A DNA stretch of 54,135 nucleotides from a virus. Lineage: Duplodnaviria > Caudoviricetes. Under the pieces are notes generated by a model that had not been told where the DNA came from, did not search any database, and was given only the letters and a program-made list of their open reading frames with translations. The stretch is taken from the IMG/VR virus record IMGVR_UViG_3300022602_000133, positions 1-54,135 of that record; one strand, given 5' to 3'. Below, piece after piece: positions 1-7,923 of the stretch. Numbering within the stretch: the first letter of the stretch is position 1; each line of letters starts with the position of its first letter. Made by a program: the position numbers and the translations under genes.

Positions 1-85
1 AAGGTACTGTACCTGGGGCGCCCGGAGTGTAGAAACTTTCATCTACTACTGTTACGCTTACGCCTGGTGAACTTAGTTGAGCCAT
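1..85 (-). CDS. Tail sheath protein (T4 gp18-like), 5' fragment running off the left edge
   Basis: Manual translation from ATG at 85 gives MAQLSSPGVSVTVVDESFYTPGAPGTVP, matching the sheath N-terminal SPGVxVxxxD motif. GGAG RBS at about 94-97 and ATAAATA upstream at 119-125. Not in the ORF track. Confidence 0.85.
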   Translation of the reverse strand, partial: MAQLSSPGVSVTVVDESFYTPGAPGTVP

Positions 86-118
86 ATTAGAATCTCCATG
101 TGAACATGTTCTGTAATG

Positions 119-125
119 TATTTAT
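119..125 (-). promoter_or_regulatory. T4-like late promoter motif (ATAAATA) for the sheath gene
   Basis: TATTTAT on + strand, 33 nt upstream of the sheath ATG; resembles the T4 late consensus TATAAATA. Confidence 0.6.
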
Positions 126-189
126 GGTATTTTGAAATTTTATAGCTCATATAAGCCACCAAAAAGGTCTCGAAAAGGCCAGCTTTGAT

Positions 190-195
190 TAAATA
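190..195 (+). promoter_or_regulatory. Late promoter-like TAAATA before the HNH-like gene
   Basis: TAAATA ends 4 nt before ATG at 200; no SD sequence. Confidence 0.45.
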
Positions 196-199
196 TCAT

Positions 200-535
200 A
201 TGAGACCACTATGTGTTTGCGGTTTTCGCCCTACCGCTGTAAATTACAAGAAAAATGGAAGGACTTTTTACAGAAGTCTATGTAATGTCTGCTTGAAACA
301 TGGAGCAGATAGCGGTGTGCCTAAATGGTATCGCTCGGGCTACAGACTAAAGAATAGCTGTGATAAATGCGGATTCAAGAGTCCGCATAAGGAAGTTTTT
401 GCGCCATTTCACGTAGACGGCGACTTGAACAATTGCCGCCCAGCTAACTTAAAAACTGTATGTGCTAATTGCGCTCGAGTCCTGCATAAAGAGAACGTTC
501 GCTGGCGTCAAGGGGATCTTGTTCCGGATCTATAA
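200..535 (+). CDS. HNH endonuclease-like zinc-binding protein
   Basis: CxC/CxxC pairs plus CDKCG...HVDGDLNNCRPANLKTVCANC (HNH signature). Likely start is ATG at 200. Confidence 0.75.
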   Translation: MRPLCVCGFRPTAVNYKKNGRTFYRSLCNVCLKHGADSGVPKWYRSGYRLKNSCDKCGFKSPHKEVFAPFHVDGDLNNCRPANLKTVCANCARVLHKENVRWRQGDLVPDL

Positions 536-1154
536 TAGCTTGTACTTTGGCATACAAGTCATCAATACTGTCATCATTAGTTAACACATGGTCAAATTTG
601 GTGCCAACCCAAGCTGTTTCTGACGCATGAATCTGTAGTTTATCCATACGAGTTTTTGCCAGCATCCAGTTCATGTGGTGATCGCCAGCGTTCATATCTA
701 CAGCATCTTGATACCAACTGGGTTCTTCACCACGTTTTACACGGATAACAATGCCGCCTGCATCTTTGATTGATTTGATTTCGTTAGGAAATCTGCAATC
801 ACTAATAACTATATCATCTTTGCTATTGCGTAGTTTATTTTCCAGGGCTGCAATCCACATGTCATCGTGGAATCCATTTCGGCACACTTCTGTACCCCAA
901 TATTGTAAGATCCAGCGTGGAGTAAGATTGGGCATATTCAAGCGTTCTGCCCACCACGGATCTACCTGTTCACGCCATTCACGGGCTGACTTTGTACGGC
1001 CTTCCAACATGGTTCTGTCCCAACCAAATACTGCTGACACAGCATCTTTCAAACTGTTGGCAAAACTTTCTCGCCTAAAACCGTGAAAATTAGTAAGATA
1101 ATCGGCAATAGTATCTTTGCCCGAACCAATAAAACCGCACACACCTATGATCAT
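465..1154 (-). CDS. Deoxynucleoside monophosphate kinase (T4 gp1-like)
   Basis: MIIGVCGFIGSGKDT P-loop, SFA, TPRWILQYWGTEVCR, ISDCRFPNE and HASE motifs. Start moved to ATG 1154, downstream of the promoter. Confidence 0.9.
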   Translation of the reverse strand: MIIGVCGFIGSGKDTIADYLTNFHGFRRESFANSLKDAVSAVFGWDRTMLEGRTKSAREWREQVDPWWAERLNMPNLTPRWILQYWGTEVCRNGFHDDMWIAALENKLRNSKDDIVISDCRFPNEIKSIKDAGGIVIRVKRGEEPSWYQDAVDMNAGDHHMNWMLAKTRMDKLQIHASETAWVGTKFDHVLTNDDSIDDLYAKVQAIIDPEQDPLDASERSLYAGLERN

Positions 1155-1175
1155 AGAACCCCCGTAATTTGCTGT

Positions 1176-1204
1176 AGTATATAACAGTTTTGTTACAAGG
1201 TCAA
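1176..1204 (-). promoter_or_regulatory. Sigma70-type promoter for the dNMP kinase
   Basis: Minus strand reads TTGACC (1204-1199), 17-nt spacer, TATACT (1181-1176). Confidence 0.7.
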
Positions 1205-1228
1205 AAGATTTGATGCTCAAATTATAAG

Positions 1229-2182
1229 TTATTGTCCTTGCAATATTAATACATTGATGTTGTCTGGATTTCGAGAGCTGCCGCCCAGTGCTGTAAGTCC
1301 ACCACCGCCACCCAAGTTACCCAATTGAATTTGAGTAGCACTTGGTGCTGAAAGAGTAAATGTTGTTCCGCCAGTTTGACTAACAATGACTATAGCCGGG
1401 GATGAATTAAGATCGTATAAAACTAAAGCTGTGCCGCCATTTCCTCTATCGCGTAGCAATGCTAAGAAACTAACACCGGTGGCTATTGTTGTTGCTGTTC
1501 CAGTAATTCCTATATAATTAGGGCAGAATATTTGACCAGTACTTGTAATACTCAGATATGTAGAGCTTCCCGAGTACGCATCATTAACTGTTTGAAAATT
1601 ATAATTACCCGATGAATCGCCGCCGTGACGCCAAGTTTTTAAATTTGTAGCTGCTGTACTTACATAAGTTTGAAAGTAAGGTAATGTTCCGCCGTTGTTA
1701 ATTGCACTTATGCCAGTGGATGCGTATAATTTACTATTACCTAACGAACCAATTGGTAGCGAAACTCCAAGTAGTAAATTTCCAGCATTATCTAATATCA
1801 ATGCTTGGTTAAAAGTTATGTTAGTACCTGCTGTACCTGATGGTGCTACTTGCCAGTAATGTACGCCTTGGTACTGTGTATATCTACTGGCATAGTCTGT
1901 GGCAATATATTTTCTTGTTCCTGCTTGAGAATAAGAATTAGCTGCATATTCTGCAAATGATGGAAGTGAAGAACGACCTTCTACTGTAGCATATTGTACT
2001 TGCAAACCTGTTGCACCTGTCCAAGCACTGGGCGCAGGACCAAATCCAATGTTGCCATTAGTGTCAACAGTAATAGCAGTTGTGGCGCCAGCATTAGTTT
2101 GCAATACTAAGTTAGTCGAAGCTGCGCTACTCAACGTGTTAACCGTTGAAAACATTGTACCTGGTAGTTGTGTTAATGCCAT
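1229..2182 (-). CDS. Tail fibre-like / receptor-binding protein
   Basis: T/G/S-rich beta-strand composition, fibre repeats (ITVDTNGNIG, LILDNAGNLLLG), modules shared with 4080..6056. Confidence 0.6.
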   Translation of the reverse strand: MALTQLPGTMFSTVNTLSSAASTNLVLQTNAGATTAITVDTNGNIGFGPAPSAWTGATGLQVQYATVEGRSSLPSFAEYAANSYSQAGTRKYIATDYASRYTQYQGVHYWQVAPSGTAGTNITFNQALILDNAGNLLLGVSLPIGSLGNSKLYASTGISAINNGGTLPYFQTYVSTAATNLKTWRHGGDSSGNYNFQTVNDAYSGSSTYLSITSTGQIFCPNYIGITGTATTIATGVSFLALLRDRGNGGTALVLYDLNSSPAIVIVSQTGGTTFTLSAPSATQIQLGNLGGGGGLTALGGSSRNPDNINVLILQGQ

Positions 2183-2191
2183 ATGTAATCC

Positions 2192-3553
2192 TTAGAATGT
2201 TGTTATATAACTTACACCTATGTTCCAAATATCTGAAGTAGTAACAGCAGTTCCAGAATTATTTGTAGCACTTAAAGTTGTACTGTTATATAATCTTGCC
2301 GACATTTGATAATCTTTGTATCCTGTTGATATTATATTCACAGATACGGAACAAGAAGCACCGCCAAAATTTGTGCCATTAACTGCAAATGGCATTCCTG
2401 TAATAGTCAACTGGGCTCCTGTTGCTAACGCGGCACCTGCATAGCTGTTATCAACACCAAGTATTACTAATCTTCCTATTTTTACATACCAACCTGCATT
2501 TGTTTGAGCAGAGCCGCTACCAATGGTAGGAGTCCATGTTCCTGTTTCGTAATCATTTAATGTACTATTGATCAATGCACCAGCTTGACCCGAATACTGG
2601 TCAAATACAACACCTGCGCCAGTTGTATTGAATTGTAAATTTCCGTAAGATAATATACCATTGCTCGGCGGTGCTGTGTATGTGTTGGCACCTTGACCAA
2701 TACTGACACCGTTTTGGAATCCAGTAGTGCTACCTATTCTGTTGGCAAAACTATAAAAGTTACTGCCAGGGTCTGCAGATACAAGCGAACCCATAGTAAG
2801 ATAGCTGCTGAAAGATCCAGTTGTTCCAGTAAAGTTGCCAGTAACGTTTGCCGCACCGTTGACATCAAGTAAACGTGCAGGGTTGGTAGTGCCTACACCC
2901 ACGTTGCCGTTGGCCAAGACTGTAACTGCGGTTGTACCGCCAGCGTTTGTTTGTAATGTTAAAGCAGTTGCACCAGCACTGGTAATTGTACTGGCTGTAG
3001 TCGTTCCACTTAATACAAGATTGCCAGCCAAGTAAGCACTACCAACTGCGCCTGCTGTAGCTGGGATAGCATTAAGTACGCTACTTACGTAGAAACTTAA
3101 TATTGCTACAAGATCACCAGATACCGCACCTTGTGCTAGTATTACAGTAGTACCGTTAGTTGCGGTGTAATCTGCATTACCTAATAATGAACCGTTACGA
3201 TAAACTTGTATAAATCCTACGGTATAACTTGGAGGAGTAAATGTTGTTTGATTACTGGTCGCTGTAAATTCTGTATATGTTCTGTAAGCTGTTGTAGTTA
3301 CACCGCTTGCTGGTATACCTAAATATCTGGCACTGATATTGCCAGTACCGCTTGGAGGTGCTTGTGTAAATGTTAAGGTACTACCGTTAACACTATATGT
3401 ACTTGGGTCTTGTACCAAACCATGTACTGTTACAATCACACTTGCTGTATTAGCAGGTGCTACACTAGTACCAAAAATTGTCTGGTTAGCAGTACCGTTA
3501 AAAGTATCTACTAAAAACGCTGATTGGGTGACTGGATTTCCTATAATTGGCAT
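2192..3553 (-). CDS. Tail fibre-like protein with N-terminal baseplate-type beta-sandwich repeats
   Basis: FNGTANQTIF...VxVHGLVQDP..Y.VNGSTLTF..APP repeat, GNVGVGTTNP motif, C-terminal LNDYETGTWTP domain. Confidence 0.65.
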   Translation of the reverse strand: MPIIGNPVTQSAFLVDTFNGTANQTIFGTSVAPANTASVIVTVHGLVQDPSTYSVNGSTLTFTQAPPSGTGNISARYLGIPASGVTTTAYRTYTEFTATSNQTTFTPPSYTVGFIQVYRNGSLLGNADYTATNGTTVILAQGAVSGDLVAILSFYVSSVLNAIPATAGAVGSAYLAGNLVLSGTTTASTITSAGATALTLQTNAGGTTAVTVLANGNVGVGTTNPARLLDVNGAANVTGNFTGTTGSFSSYLTMGSLVSADPGSNFYSFANRIGSTTGFQNGVSIGQGANTYTAPPSNGILSYGNLQFNTTGAGVVFDQYSGQAGALINSTLNDYETGTWTPTIGSGSAQTNAGWYVKIGRLVILGVDNSYAGAALATGAQLTITGMPFAVNGTNFGGASCSVSVNIISTGYKDYQMSARLYNSTTLSATNNSGTAVTTSDIWNIGVSYITTF

Positions 3554-3744
3554 TTGTTATCCTTAACAGTTAGCGGCCAACTTGGATTAGTTGCTCCGCT
3601 ACCTATTCCTACATATCCGCTTGTAAGTACTGTAATAGCCGTAGTACCACCGTTGACCTGTAATGTCAAAGGCTGTCCAGCGGCTGACCCTATTGGTCCG
3701 CTTAACGGTGCAAGTCCTGTGTAGTCTACGGTACTTAAAGCCAT
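3541..3744 (-). pseudogene. Truncated tail fibre remnant (N-terminus only)
   Basis: N-terminus homologous to 1229..2182 (LTLQVNGGTTAITV, GYVGIG..TNPS). It breaks off after about 60 aa and runs out of frame through the next gene's TAAGGATAACAA-ATG junction. Confidence 0.55.
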
Positions 3745-3753
3745 TGTTTATCC

Positions 3754-4017
3754 TTATTCAGGTTGTTGAGCGTTTTGTGCTGCCAAGGCGGCTTGATATG
3801 CAGCAACTACTTCTGTTGTCCATAGTGCTTGAGCTACCGCTACTACTCTTGGATCTTGACCTGTTAAGTCTGCACCTGGTGCTAATACCCAACGGTGATA
3901 GCTGGCACTTAATTCTTTACCGTCTTCTAAAATTGAAGTCTTTTCACGTACTTGAATTTGCTCGTCTGCTAGTACTTCAATTTTGTCTATTATCACTTCT
4001 TTACTCAATGTTGACAT
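3754..4017 (-). CDS. Small acidic fibre-associated protein (possible fibre assembly chaperone)
   Basis: 87 aa, strong AAGGAG RBS, IDKIEVL...QIQVR...YHRWVL.P...WT.EV pattern, located among fibre genes. Confidence 0.55.
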   Translation of the reverse strand: MSTLSKEVIIDKIEVLADEQIQVREKTSILEDGKELSASYHRWVLAPGADLTGQDPRVVAVAQALWTTEVVAAYQAALAAQNAQQPE

Positions 4018-4042
4018 ATCATCTCCTTTGTTTTAATGTCCG

Positions 4043-4062
4043 CCCAACACATCCATGCTGGG
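4043..4062 (-). promoter_or_regulatory. Leader RNA hairpin with GGA in the loop (CsrA/RsmA-site-like)
   Basis: CCCAGCA-UGGAUG-UGUUGGG stem-loop, followed by CGGAC and the AAGGAG SD; TAAATA at 4063-4068 immediately upstream. Confidence 0.45.
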
Positions 4063-4079
4063 TATTTAAAAATTATTCC

Positions 4080-6056
4080 TTAGTTAGCTGCAAAAATATT
4101 CCAATAACTTCCATCACAGAACAACAACGCCCACTTGCCCGCAGTGTTGGTAAGAATTGCATTTGTTACACCACCCGATGCCAATGCTGTTACATTATTT
4201 GATGCAGAGTTAACAAGTTGTGCTGATTGTGTTCTTACAAACAACATTCTTCCCGCATTAGATGCAGGGGTTGGAAGTGTTAGTGTACATGTGCCCGTCA
4301 AACTATACGCGGTCAGCCAAGTGTCAGTTGGTTGTACTGTATAGCTTGTAGTAAATCCCGCAGACCCAGTTATTGCCACAGCACCGTTAATTGACATGTT
4401 GCCGCCTAATAACATATTTCCGCTGGCACCAATACCACCGTTAACTACTAACGCACCTGTGTATAACGGTGTAAAATTATTATAAGGAACAGAACCGCTG
4501 ACTGTTAAAGTAAAATTATTTGTACTTGAATCTGTAATATAAGCCGAAGAACTTGCTACGTTTAATAATAATATTGTGCCAGTGATAGCAGTTAATGCCG
4601 CTGTTGGTGGAACAAAGTTAGCTGAGTATATCGCTGTACCAGATACAATTCTTAAATTAGTTATATAACCGTTTGCATAAGTGCTGTCTCTAGGATCGTA
4701 ACCAATGTAAGTAGTAGCACCAGTGCTACCAATAGTTCCTGTAATTGCTGTACTACCTGTAGTAGTTGCTTGAACACCGTCTACAAAAAGTTTTAATACT
4801 GAACCAGTACTTACAGCTGCCAAGTGGTGCCAGTTTCCATCGTTTACATATACATTAGAAATTACATCGTTAAGATTTCCCCATGTAAATGTAAAATAAT
4901 TTTGACCCGATGTTGAATTATTGGCTTTGAATGCCCAAGTTCCAGAACTTGGAGATCCTGATAAATTTTGACCAATGATTGTTGCGTAGTTAGGTTCAGT
5001 TCCATTAGATTTCCACCAGCATTCAACTGTCCACGCACCAGACCCTAAGTTGCCTGATGCTGTTGGAACTGACAAGTAGTTAGAACTTGTAAGTAGCAAA
5101 CTGCCACCTACGGCGGCTAGCGTAGTGCTTGTGGTTGGAATAGCAATACCGCCTGTTACAGTCAACTTGTTAGCATTGCTTAATACCATTGCTGGTGTAA
5201 ATGAAATTGCTCCAGAAGCAGATCCACTTGCGGCGGTATAAAAGTTATATTGACCACCAGATACTGTCATCTTATTGGCATAGCCAGTAATAGCATAGAT
5301 ATCATTGCTAGAGCCAGCATAACTATTCCAGTAGATGCTGCCATTGACACCAGTGTTAACAAATGATAGTGCAGAGTTTGTTGTTTGGCTTGAACTACCA
5401 ATTTGGAAACTTTTCCAACTTGCTGGCCAAGAATAAGGACTACCTGCGATAGCCATGTTGCCATTATTATCAAGTGTCAGTGCTTGATTATAACTTATGC
5501 TTGTACCTTGTGTACCTGTTGGAGCTACAAACCATTGGAATTGTCCGCTAGGTGTTTGTCTAAAAATTGTAGCATAACTGTTGGCAATATAAGTGCTGTT
5601 AGTAACACTATTATTGTAGTTGTTATAACTTAAATCTACACCGTTAATACTGGTACTAAATGCACCACCTTGAGATAATTGTAGTGCTGTAACGCTACCG
5701 CTTGAAGTGCTCCATGCGCTTGGCGTGACATTCAAACCCAAGTAACCATAAGGATCCAGCACCATGTTGGTTGTTGATCCATTTAAAAATTCTATGTTAC
5801 CTTCAGCTGGTATATTATAGTAACTACCAATAGCTGCTTTTTGATTGCCTGCTCCATTCTTAAAACTGATAGCGCCAGCAGCTTGTGATGCACCTGTGTT
5901 GTTTTGGAATATGATACTTTGGTTGCCAGTAAAACGCAAATTACCGTTGACAATTTCTACTTTTTCATTAGGACTAGCCGTGCCAATACCAATCAAACCT
6001 GTGCTTGATGCTGTTATGTAACTACTCAGTGCGGCTAAATTTGCGGCTTGTGTCAT
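4080..6056 (-). CDS. Tail fibre with LamG/concanavalin A-like lectin domain
   Basis: GIGTASP fibre motifs; WTVECW...DGNWHHLAAV...LFVDG...GYITNLRI LamG signature. Confidence 0.75.
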   Translation of the reverse strand: MTQAANLAALSSYITASSTGLIGIGTASPNEKVEIVNGNLRFTGNQSIIFQNNTGASQAAGAISFKNGAGNQKAAIGSYYNIPAEGNIEFLNGSTTNMVLDPYGYLGLNVTPSAWSTSSGSVTALQLSQGGAFSTSINGVDLSYNNYNNSVTNSTYIANSYATIFRQTPSGQFQWFVAPTGTQGTSISYNQALTLDNNGNMAIAGSPYSWPASWKSFQIGSSSQTTNSALSFVNTGVNGSIYWNSYAGSSNDIYAITGYANKMTVSGGQYNFYTAASGSASGAISFTPAMVLSNANKLTVTGGIAIPTTSTTLAAVGGSLLLTSSNYLSVPTASGNLGSGAWTVECWWKSNGTEPNYATIIGQNLSGSPSSGTWAFKANNSTSGQNYFTFTWGNLNDVISNVYVNDGNWHHLAAVSTGSVLKLFVDGVQATTTGSTAITGTIGSTGATTYIGYDPRDSTYANGYITNLRIVSGTAIYSANFVPPTAALTAITGTILLLNVASSSAYITDSSTNNFTLTVSGSVPYNNFTPLYTGALVVNGGIGASGNMLLGGNMSINGAVAITGSAGFTTSYTVQPTDTWLTAYSLTGTCTLTLPTPASNAGRMLFVRTQSAQLVNSASNNVTALASGGVTNAILTNTAGKWALLFCDGSYWNIFAAN

Positions 6057-6065
6057 TTATTGTCC

Positions 6066-7592
6066 TTAAAAATTAGCTGGATATGTTATTGAAACAACAA
6101 ACGTATTAGCGGTGGTCAAGTTAGTGTTGACCATTGCCGTGTTAGCATTTGCACTGGCAGCAGTGTTGATACGAACGTTTGTGATACTGGTTGTATTAGG
6201 GCCTAAGTGTATATAAATTCCTGTAATCGCTGTGTTTATTAAATAAAATCCAATACTTCCTGCTGAATACACGTTGCTTGAATTAACTGATGTGAACGGC
6301 AAACCTGAAAAATAAATGTTACCACTTAACGTGTTAACAGCAAAACCAACTTGCCATGAGCATGTTACCATGGCTCCAACTTTAACATAGTATCCTGCTT
6401 GAAGTGTATATGTTGCAGCTCCACCGCCACTTGCAGTTATTGTAGGTGTAAAAGTTCCAGTTTCGTAATCGTTTAATATGCTGTTTGTTAGTGCTGAGTT
6501 ATTACTAAATTGTACACCTTGCCCCGATACTGGAAACTGTAATGTTCCTGTACTTAACAGACTCATTCCAAGTACAGGAGCAGTTAGAGTAGGTCTTGTG
6601 TAAAAGTTCAAATTACAAGCTGTATCACCCTGTGTTGAATTGGCTTTTACACCTTGTATGCCGCCAGTAAATGCAAAGTCTGTAGGAATTGATGTTGAAT
6701 AACGACCATAGAATCCAATTGCGCCTCCAACACCCGCTGTAGCCGCGGTAGTATCTGAAACTGCTAAACTTGGTTGTGAGAAGTTAGTAGCACCCGAACC
6801 AATTGCACCAAACGATTGTATTGGTGCATTACTGTAAGCCTGAATCTGAGAAGTACCAACAATAAATCTACCAGCGTAATCTAAGAATGCACCTACAGTA
6901 CCAGCACCGTTATCTGCTTTATATGATAGTCGCAAGCTAAGTCCATAGCCGCCTGTTCCGCCACTACCACCAGTTAATGCATCTATAGCGGCGGCATTAG
7001 TAGTAGTTCCGCCACTGGCGTTGGGTGCTATAAAATAAATTCTGCCAGCTGTTGTAGAAGTGTTTTGATTTGCATAAGCAATTGGATTAACAAGAACTAA
7101 TCTACCATCTGCACTTACAAGTGTACCGTCGCCTGATATTGTTAAATTTTTAGCGTTGGTATTTCCACTAATTGGATTAGTGCTTGATGTGCCAACACCT
7201 ATAAAATTATTTAAATCAACAGTTAATGCTGTTGTTCCGTTAGTCTGTAATGTTAAATTACTTGCTACACTATTAATATTACTAATGCTACCTAACTGTG
7301 CTGTATTAACTGTACCAGCACTTGGTGCAATAGTTTGTGTGATTGGGCTAGTGTATTCTACCCAAATATTATTTGATCCTGAAGGCGGAGCACTTGTGAA
7401 TGTTAAAGTAGTGCCGCTAACTGTAAATGCTGTGTTAGGATTTTGTGCAACGTTAGCCACATGCACTAGAATTTGTGCCGCACTGGCAACACTACTAGGC
7501 AAAGTAAATGCCGTAGTACTTCCATTACCGCTAAAGTATGCTACTTGCGCGGTATATTGTTGACTTGTACTTGTATTACCAATGAATGCCAT
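6066..7592 (-). CDS. Tail fibre-like protein, paralogue of 2192..3553
   Basis: MAFIGN...FSGNGSTTAFTL...Q.P.TAFTVSGTTLTFTSAPP N-terminus; C-terminal LNDYETGTFTP domain. Confidence 0.65.
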   Translation of the reverse strand: MAFIGNTSTSQQYTAQVAYFSGNGSTTAFTLPSSVASAAQILVHVANVAQNPNTAFTVSGTTLTFTSAPPSGSNNIWVEYTSPITQTIAPSAGTVNTAQLGSISNINSVASNLTLQTNGTTALTVDLNNFIGVGTSSTNPISGNTNAKNLTISGDGTLVSADGRLVLVNPIAYANQNTSTTAGRIYFIAPNASGGTTTNAAAIDALTGGSGGTGGYGLSLRLSYKADNGAGTVGAFLDYAGRFIVGTSQIQAYSNAPIQSFGAIGSGATNFSQPSLAVSDTTAATAGVGGAIGFYGRYSTSIPTDFAFTGGIQGVKANSTQGDTACNLNFYTRPTLTAPVLGMSLLSTGTLQFPVSGQGVQFSNNSALTNSILNDYETGTFTPTITASGGGAATYTLQAGYYVKVGAMVTCSWQVGFAVNTLSGNIYFSGLPFTSVNSSNVYSAGSIGFYLINTAITGIYIHLGPNTTSITNVRINTAASANANTAMVNTNLTTANTFVVSITYPANF

Positions 7593-7593
7593 A

Positions 7594-7920
7594 TTAGATT
7601 GCCGTTAATGCTGATACCCAAACATCGCCACTTGTAGCCGCGCTGTTGATTACACTTAAACTATCACTTGCTATTAAAACTACTCTGCTACCTTGTATAA
7701 TTTCTAATGAACCGCCTACTGGAACAGTTGCTTGATATACCAAATAATAGTTCACCGAACTTCTTGTGATATAAACGCTGGTTGTGATTGGAGCTGCTGT
7801 AGTGTTAGTCACAATCAAACTGGCGATAGCCACTGTACCAGAAGCAATACTAGATATTACTGTAGCTGCACTTGTTCCTACGTTCTTATAAGCATAACTT
7901 GTATTTGCGTATGTTGTCAT
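7594..7920 (-). CDS. Small beta-rich virion protein (putative fibre adaptor)
   Basis: 108 aa; similar to 30460..30786 and to the core of 51154..51720. Confidence 0.55.
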   Translation of the reverse strand: MTTYANTSYAYKNVGTSAATVISSIASGTVAIASLIVTNTTAAPITTSVYITRSSVNYYLVYQATVPVGGSLEIIQGSRVVLIASDSLSVINSAATSGDVWVSALTAI

Positions 7921-7923
7921 TTG

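Noticed and set aside
465-3543. Stop-codon reassignment, since TAG is rare as a stop
   Set aside because: Very long ORFs are intact in the standard code; reading through the TAG at 3541 gives no sensible protein
3541-3590. Programmed frameshift joining the 67-aa ORF to the next fibre
   Set aside because: No slippery heptamer seen and the downstream gene has its own AAGGA RBS and ATG
1229-7592. Shufflon or invertible fibre cassette
   Set aside because: All genes are co-oriented with their own starts; no invertase or inverted crossover sites seen
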